A stretch of 64,000 nucleotides of DNA from assembly GCA_965655095.1 (NCBI GenBank), contig OZ296649.1, forward strand, positions 15,996,001 to 16,060,000, given 5' to 3'. A program made the position numbers and the translations under genes. This DNA is from Haplodiscus bocki. Lineage: Eukaryota. Under the pieces are notes generated by a model. The model was not told where the DNA came from. It did no database searches and was given only the letters and a program-made list of their open reading frames with translations. Shown in pieces: positions 35,546 to 50,464 of the stretch; the stretch's first letter is position 1, and every line of letters begins with the position of its first letter.

Positions 35546-38500
35546 CCTGTAAGGCTCTAGGGCGTTAAAAATGCCATATATGGATTTATAAATGTTTCAA
35601 TGCAAATACATGACTGTTCAATGCAAATTATATGTTCAATACAGATTTCACATGACTTGATTTTGTGCGCTGCTCTGTACATATATTTCAGACAGATCAA
35701 AACGTTTGATGTGCGCACTTCCAATTAACCTGTCAACAACCTGTCAATAATAGTTTGTATTAACTTTACGTTGGGCTCTTTCACAACATCAAGTCTTCCA
35801 GAGTCTTTGCTTTAGATCCAAAGTGCTTAAAGCTGACGTACACAATGGTCGAACGGCCCATATTTTATTTAGACAAATGTGGAAAATTCCGAAGAGCTTC
35901 GCGTTCTTCAAATTCATTGGTTCAAAGAATGTTGCTTAGAAGTGTTAATTATGTAGTCGTAACGCTACAGCTGTCGCAATTCGTTTCAACCTGTGAAAAT
36001 CGCTTGAAAGAACATTCGGCTAAGATATTGGTCGGTCAACTAATTGAAGGCCCGTCTTTGATCGAATGGGCTTAGAAGCCTCAAGGCCTGATTTGAAAGA
36101 ACTTCACAACTCTTGTTACATATTTTGGTCAAAGTAAAAATGAACAATGTTAATGAAAACATAGAAATCCGTAGTTATCAGAAGTTGACTGGCTCAATAA
36201 GTGCGTCAGAAGGATTGACCCTGATTACATTTTTTTAACGAATACATCAAGCCTCAAACATTTAACGGCTGGTAAATTAAAATTGAAAAACTGTAATCCG
36301 CGTAATTGACTTTCATTGAAAACCAAGGTTAAAACCAAGATTATTCAGCGCTGCTCAGAGATTTTAAGGTAAAATACGACGCTTAATTTTTCATATAGAG
36401 TTGATCAGCACTGAAATTCTCTGTGACTTTAAGTCAGGAGTTTTTAGAAACCTGATTGCAACTATTCTCAACCTTTTGGCTTGATAACTATTCAAATCAA
36501 AAATGGTTGAAAATCACAAAATGATGGCGGAAAAGACAGAAAAAAGACAAAACATTTTATGCAGAACTGAATAACAAAAACGCCCTCCTAGAGTTTCTTC
36601 TCAGATTAGTTTGGGCTATTTAAGAAACTAAAAGTTGCCCATTCACTGTTGTACTGGTTTTTTTTTCTCTTGGAATATTGACGAAACAAACAGAAGAACG
36701 GGTTTTGACAATCGAATTTAGACTTCGGATACATACAAAGGGTGCTATTATCAGAATATTTTGGTTAAAAGCTACAAAAAATTCTCAGAAAAAAAGCAGA
36801 ATTAACGATAGAACAAAAGAAAAGACCAAAAATTGTAAAAAACTATACGAACTTACTATAACTGGTACTTTAGAGGAGAATAATTGAAACTGAGGGTTAT
36901 AAGGATAGCATTTTTTTGAAAATTTTCGACCATTATTCATCAAAAATAAAATGTATTTAAGAAAATAGGCCTATAGGGGGGGGGGGTCAACATTTTGGAA
37001 GTAAGTTTCCCCAGTTGACCTTGCAGGTCTGGTATCACTTGCTTGTTGCATCAATACTTGCAGAAAAACGTTTTGAAGAACATGGAAAAATTTAGAATTT
37101 AGCATGGACGTTTCAAACAAAAAATTCACGCAACATCAAAAAAATTGCAAGAAGTTGCCTGCAATGTGGAAATTCTGAAGAAACTTCAATGTAAAATATT
37201 GACGAAATTTTACAGAAGATATTTTCGGATAAAAGTCTTTTCTCTTGACAACTACCCCCCCTCCCACACTTACACCCATAGAACCAACGGTCCCTCAGCA
37301 CAATCATGGATGAGCGAATTGATAAGTGGCGTAAGGTGTTCAACACACGCGAGTTTGACTTTTGGCTGAACAGAGAAGAGTTCATTTATGCTTGGGCAGA
37401 TAATTATTTATCGATTACTATGCTGGGGGGGGGGGGGGGGGGGTTGATTGATAAGCACAAATTTATACACTACTTTTGAACAAAATACTATTAGCTATTT
37501 ACTAGCTCTCCCATAATAGTCTGACATCAGATATTATGAGATTAGCAGGGTTTGAATTAAAGAATATTCGTTTCTTTTCGCGCCAATATTTCATTTCTGT
37601 ATTTCTTTCTCAAATTTGTGTATTTTTTCAAAAATTGGTGAAATTTTGTTGAATATCCAATTTTTTGCGACAAACATATTTTCACAAGATACCTTCCATA
37701 TTGAAAAGCACGTGAAATGAGTAAATTATCACGACAATTGCAAGTTTTAATTAAAAAGATAATAAAAAAAATTTCTAGGAAATATAATCTTGAAAACAAG
37801 AATGGAACCACTGCTGCAAGCTGATAAGTTGCAGATAACTTTTCACGAAAATTCCCCATAATGCAAGAAAGAACAATGTGAATTTTGCCAGCATCACACA
37901 AAATAAATGCATGTAAGTTTTGGCCTGAATCATGAAAAATCTAAGAAAGTCTGTTTGGAAGCATGCTTGTTCATAAAAACTTTCCCTGCAACGCCAACTA
38001 GGATTTTGATTGCAACTTCTATGACAAAAATAATTCAATGATTTCTTATGAAAACTCTATAGAAAAATGATCAAACGCAACTTTTTATTTTAACATTTTC
38101 TGTTCTTTTGGACTATGATTTTTTATAGTTGAAATGTAAAAACCGACAAAAGAGCGTTCCAATTAGTGTCAACCTAAATTACATCAACTTTCGATTGCGA
38201 CTCTGGCAAAAAATAGATGAGTGCTTTTTGAGAAAATTGTTTCGGAAAAAAGACTAAGTCTGGCATTTTGCCGACATTTTTTCAATATTTGTGGAAAGGA
38301 ATAATTAGATTAGTCGAAGCACAAGAAATTTTTTATTGAAAGTTTGCCCTCTTTGTTGTCATTCCATCATGAAAGACTGGAATCGAGAGAAGACTTTTTG
38401 AGGTAAGTATATCATTTTTTTTTGATTTTCGCCCATTGAGTCGTTTTTAGTTTTGGCAAGGAGAAATGGCTATAATGAAAAATCGAAAAAACAGCTTTGT

Positions 38501-39112
38501 GACTATGCAAAAACATTTATATTTTCTTGCTTCTGCAAAAGTGCTCTGGCCCAAGTACTGCCTCGAGACAAAACTGATTGCGTTATATAAGTGAAGCAAA
38601 AATGCAACGCTCTTCAAATCGGATTAGCTCTGTGTGATTGCTAAATCTCAAATGCGCCCTCCACTGCTCAGTAATGAAACTATTTTTCTTTATAGTTTTT
38701 GTTGCTGTTCCAAGAGACTGCCGCTGAGCATAGTAACTCTAATCATCGTTCCATCATCACTTTTGCTCTACAGTTAGGCATTGATCTCACAGTTCTTGTT
38801 TCAGGGACATAACGCTGAATATAGTGGATGAACGACAGCTTGATCACCTTACATTATAAATCACACATCATACATTAATGTATTTTACCTTCCATGCCCA
38901 CAGCCGCAGCCTCTAAACGCGCACAACACATTGACAAATGGGATCTTGTTATTCCGTATATGAAGACTCCCTCAATGTGCAGTGTATATAATTTACGTGA
39001 ACGGACATCTATTCAAAAATGGTAACATATTGGCAGAAAAACTTGCTATTTAGTTGATCAAGAAGTTCTTTTTTGGGGGAGGGGAAGGGGCTGTGGGGTA
39101 TTGGATGATTAC

Positions 39113-39334
39113 CTTGGGTACGAATACAAGGCAGAGAGTGATTGTGGTTGCGAATATGATGAGGGTGGACAAGAGTATGAAACTGTGGTCTGCGTCATCA
39201 ATCACTGACGTCACTCCGATGCTGACTAGACACACTAACATGACCACGTACACATTGATGCCTATATATTTGGAGTCATTCAAAGCTGGAATCGTCACTG
39301 AACGCGTCTCCCACGCCAGAAAACACCCGAACAG
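39113..39334 (-). CDS. GABBR2: Internal exon (ICL3-TM6-TM7) of GABA-B receptor subunit 2-like class C GPCR
   Basis: A 222-nt phase-0 exon between ttgttag and gtaatc translates as LFGCFLAWETRSVTIPALNDSKYIGINVY...TTITLCLVFVPK. This closely matches the GABA-B2 signature LFGCFLAWETR.V.IPALNDSKYIG and TITLCLVFVPK. Confidence 0.88.
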
Positions 39335-39467
39335 CTAACAAGGGAAAAAAAATTTTGCCATTTACAAAAGAAGCTAAATCTAAATTGTTCATGATAAGTC
39401 TATAGTGTAAAAACGGCGCATGTAAATTCGCACTAAAAAGCAGGAAAAATTATCTACGGCCCGCATC

Positions 39468-39667
39468 NNNNNNNNNNNNNNNNNNNNNNNNNNNNNNNNN
39501 NNNNNNNNNNNNNNNNNNNNNNNNNNNNNNNNNNNNNNNNNNNNNNNNNNNNNNNNNNNNNNNNNNNNNNNNNNNNNNNNNNNNNNNNNNNNNNNNNNNN
39601 NNNNNNNNNNNNNNNNNNNNNNNNNNNNNNNNNNNNNNNNNNNNNNNNNNNNNNNNNNNNNNNNNNN
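39468..39667. other. Assembly gap (200 N)
   Basis: Run of exactly 200 N. Confidence 1.
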
Positions 39668-41269
39668 TACGGAACAAGTCCGAACCTGTGGGTTCAGAAC
39701 AAATTCATAAAGTTTAGACAAAGCACCTAAAATACTAGACTCCCTCTGGCTGAATTCTTTTGAAAGTTTTTCAGTTACTCTCCCTCCGATCTCTTCAGAA
39801 ACCTGGGAGATGTTTTCTTGAGCCATTTCTGGCTCAAGCGTGTTCTGTGACTGAGTGTTTCTTGTGTTTTCAGCTGTTTCTCTCGAAACTGATGCTAATT
39901 TTTTCCTTTTCCTCAAAGTTGCCATGCTACTGAGGAAAAACTTCTTTCCGCTGTTAAGACTGAATTGAAGTTTTTCATAAAACGAAAGTGTTGATCTCCT
40001 CTTGTTATGAGGGACAAGGGTTTCAATAAATCCAAACAGTTAATGATATCGAATTCAATACAAAACCGAAAGGCTACAAATCATATAACAAGAACAGTAC
40101 TTTCATTTCTCCTATTTTTACCCTTCCTTGGCGAGAAACATAAATGTTTACACGCCAAATTAGGGTACAAATAGGGGAAAGTACATTAATCATAATGTTT
40201 ATTAAAAAAAATGCCGACTCTGGCGGGAAATAAACAGTTCTCCATCCACTTCTAATTCTCAAGGACCGCGTCTTTTCGATCTTTTGACGGAAAAAGTACT
40301 GGTCCAATCCGTCAAAAATGGACATAAAAGTGGTTTTTCTCGCGCCGACACGATAAATAATAACATAAACAAAAGATCAAAGAAGTTTTCCTTAAGAGGA
40401 AATTAAGTGTAATACAACGGAAAATCAATGAATTACATAAAATAAAGTTCATTTAAATGCTCGAACAATTCATGTTTACATGTGGTTACACACTGCATCG
40501 ATTAAATTCACTGTTGGGAACCAAAATAGGCTTTTTTCTAGTCCGTTCCACTTTCCGACCAGCTCATGCTTCACTTTGGTCGGAGCGTTCCGGAACGACC
40601 ACGTAGCCTCTTGTAGCACTGCTCTCCGCAGTGCTAAGTGCTACTGAGGAGAAAGAATCGGGTGGCTACGTAACCGTTCCGAGTCCATCCAAAGTGACAC
40701 AGCATAGTAGGACAAGGGATTCGCTGAAATTTTAGTGACGTCACAAGATTAGTTACGACGGAACACATACGGAACAAATATTCACTTTTGAAGTCACGCT
40801 CTGTAGTATTAGTTAATCGCTGTTGAAAACTTGTTGAAACCGTCTATCGAATTAAATTACTTACTGCACAAGTCAATTAAAAGGTGACTTTATATAATCC
40901 TTAGTTAGATTAATTATATAGAAATAGCACCTAACAATTGTATAAAACTTCAGTAGGGAAGTAAATGAATATCCGTTTGCTCCGTATCTGCTCCGTCCCA
41001 ATCAGGATCAGTTTACCAGAATTACACGTATAGGGTACGTGTTTTTTACCTGAACTACATATTATGGGAGGATACGTAACTACTACGTATCTTTAACATA
41101 CAATTGATGAAATATGATGCGCTGTATGTTCGTTAATAATATTATATGTTTATTAATTCCTTAAATACAAATTTAGTGTCTTCAGAGTTTTAATCCTTAG
41201 TTGACGGTCCTGGAATGTCCTTTTTTGAGACAATCGTCTGTCGGCAGGCCTCGCAGACGTGGTGCGACA
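39668..41269 (-). mobile_element. Second copy of the element A family: LTR, PBS, leader and gag start, truncated by the gap
   Basis: MATLRKRKKLASVSRET...ILGALSKL..NPQVRTCSV parallels the gag at 8903. Leader and LTR are collinear with 8904-10273. Confidence 0.92.
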
Positions 41270-44200
41270 CAATGACATTACTCTATTTTTCATTTTCATA
41301 TTACTCAACGCGGGTTGTTATAAAAGCATATATCATTCCTGACCAAATTTCTCTTTACTTCCAACAAATAAAAAGCTACCGAAAGAATAAAGCCTACACC
41401 CAACTACTTTGTAGACATATACAAATACAAGTATGTGAAAGTAAGCGTTAAAATTTTTTGAGTGTCTCATGCTTTTATACAAGCCGCCCACCCTGCGAAT
41501 ACGTGTATACGGAAAAACTTCTATGGTCAACTCAGTTGAGCATCTCTGTCGAAGAACCCAATTAATGGGTTTTCGTGAAGATTAGGCGATATGCGATCTT
41601 TTCGCCCCCCGATGTCAAATCTCACTGAATCTGAGCTAAAATCATCTGACTGTCTCCTGGTGAGACGGAGAAAAAGTTAACAAAGCTGTTTATGTAACAT
41701 TAACTGGTTGAATAATCATAATTTACGCTAAACTTGTTTCCAACGAACGATTAAAGATCGTAACAGTTCTTTTTTTTTCAATGATTCTGATGGAAATAAA
41801 AGTATTCAACATAACTAAAGGGTAAAACTATGGAATAAAAGGCAACTGGTTGAAAAATTATACTTTCCTACTTTTTAGACGAAAGAAAAATTAAAATGCA
41901 TACACTATAAAAAAACGTGAAATTCAGTTTTGTAACACTAAACCCATAACACAAAACGTAAACTTAAAAAAAACATTGCATGTAATTCTTACACTTTTTA
42001 AGTGTTTTTCTGGCGTATTTGCAAATCTGCATTGGCAATGCTGATTTGTGTGTAGCTGGAAAAAAGAACATAGAAAAAAACAGAAAAAAAACATGATCAT
42101 TTGAAGTGGAGGAATAACGGTTGTCCTTTTATCACAACTTTTACAAATTCGTTAAAATCTCTCCGTTTGTGAATAAATGATCTATTCTTGAACAATGCTA
42201 TTATAAAATATCTAAATAATATAGTTTTTTTCATCACAAAAAATTTGAGAAGACCTTTATAACCCAAATAAAGAGTTAGGCAAATTAATTTCTGATTAAA
42301 ATGATTTAGTTACTACTCATGAATTTCCCATTTCTTTTTATTACCTTAAGTACAACAGTCTATACAATCATAATGTTTTTTCTCTCTAGCTTCATTAAGG
42401 TGCAGAAAGTGATTTTTAGATAAAACATGATCTTCCATATTTGTTGCCACTTTTTAAATAAACTTCACAAATTAAACTGTTAACTTCGCTATGGTTTCTA
42501 TAAACTAACTTTTATACTATTATATTAATTATTTTTAGAATAATTTGCTTAAAAAACTTTGCACAATACTGATTTCTCCTTCTTCTTTGTCTTTGCCAAC
42601 CGAATCGTTGCCTTCCGCCCGCATAGGCGCTTAGGTGCTGAGTTCAAGACTTGTGGAGAACAGCAGCCAAAATAGCAATGATTCCCGCTCCATTAAAAAC
42701 TTTGGCTTAAGTATATATGAGACAACGATATGAAACGGGCCAAAAGTATGATATGAACACTTGATGAAAAACTTCATTTTAATCAGACATCTCACATTCA
42801 ATCAACTGATCGCAATTAGGCTACGTATAAATGTATCGTGTGGTCAGATTTTTTGTCAGTGAAAAGGAGGAAAGAGCCCCGATATCACCGTTCAAAAACC
42901 CTTCATTTCTGACAATTTCTTAAAAGAACTTTTAAGAAGTGAAAAAAAATATTCTAGTTTTGCAGCAGTAAGTTGGTGATGCAAAACTGCAAAAAATTTT
43001 CGATAAATCGAACTATGCTTCCTCTTGTTCCTGCACGCACTCAGCATGCGGCACAAACAAATTAAATTAGTTCGTTACCACTAAAATTAAAAAATTGCTA
43101 AAAAGTTTTGGTTTTTCTACTTTCCAGGAATAATTTTCTGGTGGTAGCCCGCCCAAAAAGTCGACACTCGAAACATTACGAGAACTGAGTTTCTTTGAAA
43201 GAACACCACTATCTACGTCGAATGATGACTTGAAGCTTTGAGAGAGTAACGTGGTAAACTCACCCAAAAACTAATTGAAAACAGTAAAGCCCTTCGCTCA
43301 ATTCGACGCTGAAGTGCTTAGCTTAAGGCTCGCGCAAAGCAACTGTCGGTAGAGCAATGAATCTGCAACTGAAACAGGCTTTGATTTTTGCCTTCTGCCA
43401 TGGAAAGCAAACTTAGGAACGCTTGAAAAAAGCAGCTAACTCAGATTTCTGACATTATTTTCGGTGGTGGCACAATTGTTGCCAAAAAAACCTTTTAGTC
43501 TGGTTTTAGAAGACGACTTCTGGTTCACATCATCCTTGAAAACAGGAATGTACAACGCTGGGATCACTGCTCGAAAACTTCTCAATTGTCAAGTCTTGAA
43601 AACTTCAGGAAGAATCAATTTAATCCAAAAAAACCGTGATGTTTTTATGGACAATTAAGGCCATGTAATACAATGTTCCTCAGGTCAGTCAACACGTTGA
43701 ACATACGCATTATCTCCGCTCGTGACCTAGAAAACTTAGAAAATTCTGTGCTGGAGCAACGCTAAACGAGAAAACTTCCCACTAAAAAATGTCCTTTAAA
43801 GCTTTGAAAAACTCAAGATATGCAAACTTTTCTACTAGGGTTAAATAGACAAAATTTTCAACATGTGCCACTTAGAAAATATAGTCTGATTTCCAACTGT
43901 TCACTTTATAACGCAAGTTTTTTTCAGTTGAAAACAAATTTTCTAAACAGGGTTTTCCATCACAAACTTCTCGTAGCTACGGAAAAACCTCCGTATGATA
44001 TAGTGGGAGTTTTCTTTTCAGTTCAACAAAAGAGCAACTGCGGTTTTGATTTCGCCAAAGTTTTCCAATTTGTGAAGTTTTCCACTTGCGTAAGTTTTCT
44101 TTCCAGTCTACTCCTACTGCTTAATTTCGGAACTTGCAGCACCATTTTAAAAAAATAACATTGTAGATGTTTGTGAATTTGCTGCAATTTCGCAACTGAC

Positions 44201-47200
44201 TGTATCGTTAAATAGGCCTAGAGGAAGGTCCTCCTACTTATAAACCTAAGTTTGCACAATTAATTCTCACTCTGATAATAAAAATGGCAAAGTTCGTTTC
44301 CAGGTACTGGACGTAAAAAAAAAATCAGTCTGTAAAACATTTGGAACTATTTCCAACACTAGTCCAAAATCTTACAAGAGCTAAAAAACATAGGCCCTAA
44401 GAAACATAGCGCATGGGCTTGGATCAGCGATTCTCAAAAACCGTTGGCACACAGGAAAGGGCTCAACACGAAAGCAGAAACGCCCTTGAAGTAATATATT
44501 TGCAGAAAAATGAGCTAGAACAATCAGCACTATCCAGATCGAAAATCTTTTTTTTTCGGAAAAAGATCATCTTTGCCTATGGTTCTCAGATTAGGTTTTC
44601 CTATGAACTCCAGAAGGCAGAAACTGAAACAGCAATGTTCAAAAGTAGCTTGAGCAGAAAGATGAAATAAACATGCAAAATTCGGCAAATTAAAACTCAA
44701 CATTTCATCTCCAAAATTGGTTCTGACTTCCGGAGAGAAAAATGCACACACCGAAAAAAAACACGCCACTCATGTCTTGAAACGCAAACAGCAGAACCAT
44801 CCCCAGCTACAATTGCCAATCAGCACTTTCTAAACTTGAAATTTTGTTCACGACACGTCAAGGCAACAAGGAGAAATATTTGAAAAAAATTGTCAAGCAC
44901 CTTTCCAGGTTACATTGCACTAACATCACAATCGACATTTTCTCAACTTGTTCGTTACCTGATGGTTCTGCTGAGCAGCTATGACCAAGTTCACAACTAT
45001 AAGGCGGGTCCGATGAATAAAAAAAATCATAACTGTCCAAAGCGGATACGACGTCGGAAAAATTTTGGGATAAAAATAGGTTCCCCTTTAATCCTTATTC
45101 CGTTTTCCACCGAATTGGGATGACTTAATTGAGAACAACCGTGAGTTTACACTTTTATAAGTATGTTGGCTGAGAAAAATTTATTTTTTCATTTTTGTGC
45201 TCTCACTTGTACTATGATAGTACGCATCGTCCTTCTTGCCCTCGCACGCAGTTTCGCTGTATTTTTAAAGAAAAATTGCAAACTTTTCAACCACTCGGGC
45301 GAAATAATGAGAGGCAGTTGCTAAAGTGATTACCAAAAAGCGTCCAAAAAAGAAATAAAAACCAGCAACACAATAAGTACTTCGTGCGTTAAAATTTTGC
45401 ACAGTCCCAAAAAGCCCAAAAATTTTGTTGCGGATAAATCCGGCGCCGGAAAAATCCTTGGGAGAAATAAACTCATACTGAAACCCTTAGAGATCGAAAA
45501 CACAATCTTTGTTAGCTTTTGCACAACTATATTAAATTCCGGAAATGAAAAACCGGTTAAGGACCAACGCCATGTGATCGAAAATTGTAAAGAAGGTCTT
45601 TTAGTGATGACCCTACAACTAAACAATATACTATGAAAACATTCAAAGGACGTCTCACCGAAATTTATTCGAATTGCATTGGAAACGGAGCAAATAGCGC
45701 AGCAAACAATAGCTAGTTTGGAGCGACATTCATAAGTGTATTAATATTGCAAAGCTTGCGCAGCATAATTTTTTTAGCCGTCTGCCACTGGAACTCGAAA
45801 TTCAAAGGCAATTTTTTTCGAAACTATAAAAAACAGACAAAACACTTTTTACCAATGAAAATTAGGTTTCGCAGAAGCGACAGTGTAATTTTAACCAACA
45901 TTTAAAAAACTAGAAGTTGTCAAAAAACAACATTGAAAAACTCTAAGGACTTGAAATTAGCGAAATAGTGAATTCTCGTTTCACTTACGTCAAAAGTGAA
46001 CGAAAATGAATTCAAAGTACAGTGGTTTTAATACGAACGCAAACAAGGACAAATGAGTGACTTTGAAACGGTTTATTATAATGTTCACGGCCGTCAGCAG
46101 TCTAGGTATTAATAAATTTCCGCTAACGCGACCGAAAATTAGTACTTTCTTTCACAAATGTCCCTAAACGCACATCCAACGCCCTCAAAAATGGAGAAAG
46201 ATCTGGTCAAACGGTTTGCAACATTCAAACCTACATCCCAAAGGGGATCTTAAGTTTGGAAAAAACTCAAATTCAGCCTAAAAAATTGTTGAAAAATGGT
46301 TACGAACAAAATTGCATTGGAAACGTTGGTAAAAGAATGAAATTTTAGTTAGGTTTAAAAAAATCGTTGTAGGAAAACTACGCAACGGAAACAGGTTGGA
46401 ACGGGCTTGGACAGAAGACATTCGGATGATCCAGCATGCCAGAAAAAAGGATGGATTGCTTTCTCTCATTGTAAAGAACCAGAGTTGCAACGGTCAAAAA
46501 ACTCCTAAAAAGGCAAAAAACGCCAAACTTTCCATTTCTTTGTAAATTTGTGAATTATTAGTGAATAAAAATCAACTGGGTTAATGAATATCCAACGCAT
46601 TTGACTAACTGGAATGATAAATGACTATAGAAAAAACCTATCAAGCTACGAAATGACGCCCCGCTAAATTCCAGCAGGCTAAAATTACGGATCTTTGATA
46701 ATTTCGACTTGCAAAACGGCTGACTCCCTTCTCTAGCAGCCCAAAACCAACAGGAAGCTCACTTTTTGACACAAGCTTCTCAACAGATTCCCCCAGGAAG
46801 CAGAGCACAAGTTTTCTGATATTTTGCCTACTTGTTGAAAAATCGACTTTGTAGCTGGACCTAGGTAGTTAAAAACGGCAAAAAAGTAATTCTGCAAAAA
46901 ACTGAACATTTGTTTGAGACCAACTGAACAGCTCAAATGTTCATTGGAAGCTCGTCCTTGAATATAGTGACAAAAAACCAACACCGCTCTGGAAAAAATA
47001 CGTAGAGAAAAAAGTCATCGAAATGACCAAAAAGCGACGTTTCAGACATGAGAAGTTGACTTCCTGCAAAAAATTCTTTTCTCAACGCGAAAAATGATTA
47101 TGAGTAAAACAAAACAGTTGACGGTGAAATCAATATCAAAAACTTCGTGTTATCAAATGCTAAAACTACACTGCCGGCGTTTGTCTCAGACACAATTCTT

Positions 47201-50200
47201 TGCATTTGCATGAAATTTATGTTATGGTTGTGTAAAAAGAGACATTTCAATGGTTCCATTTGATGCTAATCGATTGTGCTTGATGACAAGAAAACTTACA
47301 AATCAGCCGAATAAATCGAACTAACAAAAATCAAATAAAAATGAAGAATTTATTAATTAATTTTTCAATACTCCAGTTGTGCTAATGATACACCCGATTT
47401 TTTGAATCATAACTTGTGTAAGCGGAGATAATAAATTTTTAATAGTAGCAAGACTGGTGAATTTTGTACCAAAAAAGATCAAACAAAATAACCAAGGAAA
47501 AACAGCCATATGTATAAATATTGGATACCAATAAACGATTGATTGATGAAATGGCCTAAAACAGCCCTAGCGTTGAAAACAGTAATTAACTGAGCCATAG
47601 GAGAAAGGAGCGTACCAACACACTGCCTAAAGGGAGTGAATTGAATTGCAAGCAGAATGCTGTTATTCGAAGCCGTTTAACTTCAAGTTAGTCCGGAACT
47701 GAAGGTGGAAGATGGACTCCGATAGGTTGTTTTTGCAATAGTTTTGATGTGGACAGTCCGGGACTGTCAGTTTCGAATAAAATATTCGGTTGTGAGACTA
47801 GTGCGTTCACAACTTTGAGCTTTTGTTGCTAGCAAAAGCGTGGTATTCGTGTTATTCAGACTGTCAACGCGAAGTTGTTATACCTTCTCAGGGCGCTTGA
47901 TGCTTCTTATTTGATCAAAATACAGATCTGTTTTTTGAAAAAGTTTGGATCTGTAAGTACGAGCCTGAAAGATTTTCATTCATTGCTGTTGTTTCATTTC
48001 TTATCTTGTTCACTAGCAGGAAAAGTTTGTCGTAAAGCTTTGACTGTTAAGGCATTTTTTTTGCCAAGCAATTGATTTCTTTGATCTATTCATCCAGCAG
48101 CTTAGAGCGACGAGACAGCGCTTTCAGTTGAACAGTAAATACTGAGTTAGGCATATACTTTGCAAAAGAACCCCCATCCGTCTTGATTGTTTTTGGAATT
48201 ATATTTTGTGGATCTCTGTGCGTTCCCCTTCTCGTGAAGTTGTACCACGTTCGTTTTAAACGAGTTTGAAGTTACGTCCTGAAAAATCAACAGAAAAAAA
48301 ACCCGCCTTCAACCAATCTTCACTTACCGTTGCTGCCTAAATGAATCTGTTGACTTCATTTCGAGTAAGTTCAGAAAAATCTGATTTGCCTTTCAAAAGC
48401 TGACCGAACTTTTTTCTTTCAGTCATACAAAAATGGCTTCCTGATTACATCTGTCCTCTGATGGTTGAAGCCCTTACAACGTTCGTCACATTTGGAAAAA
48501 AAATGACAAGGTTATCAAAACGAAAAGTATTGAATTTGTTAATTTGTCAATGCCCAGCTTGCTACGTAAACCTCTGGGCAATTATTTGTAAATATGGGTT
48601 ATAGTGTGAATGACTTTAGAGTGAAAGTCAGAGCACTCTCTCAACGTCCTTCTATCACTTTATTAAGTCAGCCAGTTAAACGTAAATAAATTCCATCGTT
48701 TCTTTTTTAGGTGAATATTTGGGAAAACACAAAAATCCAAATTAAGGGTTGGTATCCACAACTTTAGTTTACTTTTTGATTTTTGATAACTTGGTACGTA
48801 ATTTATAGATTAGGAGGACACAATCCTCTTCTCTACTACACTATCATCTCCAACCACAACTCTCAACCTGTTTCAGAAATCTGAATGTTCAAAATTGAAT
48901 TTATCCATTATATTCAGATCATACGTTCATGAAAAGCAGAAATTTATTCATTTATTACGTTCAATGTATAAAATTAATTCAATTAGGAGAATAATCTTTT
49001 CGCACTTTCACGGAAATTTTTCCCATCAACTATACATGAATTTGACAAAGCATCAATTCACATTGTCATCAACACTAGCAGCCTATTCGGTTGCTGTTAC
49101 ATCATTAACCAACATTTGAACCAATTTTAACACGGAATACGTTTTGCAGTTTTTCAAATCTTTTACCGGTTACGTATGCTTGAGGTAACTGATTACCCTA
49201 CTCCCACACACTCCGAATCATTAGGAGAACTTGTAAACTCACAGTCCAAGTCGGAGTTCAATAGCCGACCAAATTACGTAATCAAAGTATAACCATTTCA
49301 CAAATTTCACATTTTTCCACTTTTACAACCGTTGACGCCGACATTAATGGCTCTCGAATTTAGGCCATGTGATCAGCAGTAATTACGGAGACGCCTAACC
49401 TTTGAACGGTTGAATTAAAAATCCATTTGCACCGTTGTTTGTGGTCACAGCAGGACAGTTCGTTTTCATCTTTGAGATTTTTAGCCAAGCTTTTAATTCT
49501 TCTATAAAAGGCAACATCGCGTAGGTGCTCTTCACTCACAAAAATTGCCGCCGTCCGGAAGAATCCACGCGGGACATGCTTCAATCATGCTGGCCTAACT
49601 GACAAGCAGCGAAAACCGGGGATAATTATTGCGCATTGAATGAATGGAAAAAGTACCATTTTAGGTAGAAATATGAAGAAACTCCTGCAGTGATTTCCCC
49701 GATAAATTTGATGCCGCATGCATTTAGTTGTCACTTGACCAGAAATGTGGCACAATCTTTTGGAACAATTTAGTGTACATTTCAAGCGTTGGTTGATTCT
49801 AAATTTACAACGTTAATCATCATAAGCAACCTTGGTTAAATTTGTAAGGAAGCGCTCGTTGTGATCAAAAGAATTGCAATTTTCGGCAATTTTATGCAAT
49901 CAAATCACAAAACCTTTTCATTACTTGAAACATCAATTTCATTCCAGATTGATACATGTTTTCAAGTTTATACCGTACAACTTTGGGAATCTATATCAAA
50001 AAAGCCTTTGTGGCTGGTGCAATTTCTCTACAAAGAAAGTTGCCAAAAATTACGAAAACCAACGAGCATATTAGAGAGATTAAATATGTCGGCACTTCGG
50101 ACTTAAAATAATTAAATAGACATCCCACAGATTACATTCAAACATTTTTTCATTCAATTTACAAGTCTTTTCGCAGCTATTGAAAATTGCAAGACTAGTA

Positions 50201-50464
50201 CTTTCAGAGGATCTTTTTGTTAATACGGTGAACCCCGTCCCCAAAAAAAGTCCGAACGAACAAATGTAAATATGTCATATCTAATCTTTTCGAATTCCAC
50301 ACATGTTATGTGGAGACGTACAATAATTTCCAAACAACGTCACGTTTATATTCCAATCTTCAGCTTGCAATAAATTTTCGTAGTATCAGTCACTTGAAAC
50401 CACTTCTGATTAACTTTTTTCATCAGAGTTCAGTGTTGTTATCACAAAAAGATCCTTTACGTAT

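Noticed and set aside
37424-37443. Poly-G run as a G-quadruplex regulatory element
   Set aside because: A simple homopolymer with no supporting context, and its length is prone to sequencing error.
38890-39008. Candidate next GABA-B exon (AG...GT bounded)
   Set aside because: It contains a stop in the phase required by the upstream donor and shows no recognisable similarity.
47600-49800. Decayed minus-strand coding traces (intron near 48280-48327; hAT-like NYPRFSLL remnant near 49620)
   Set aside because: Too many stops and too little motif support to assign a product.
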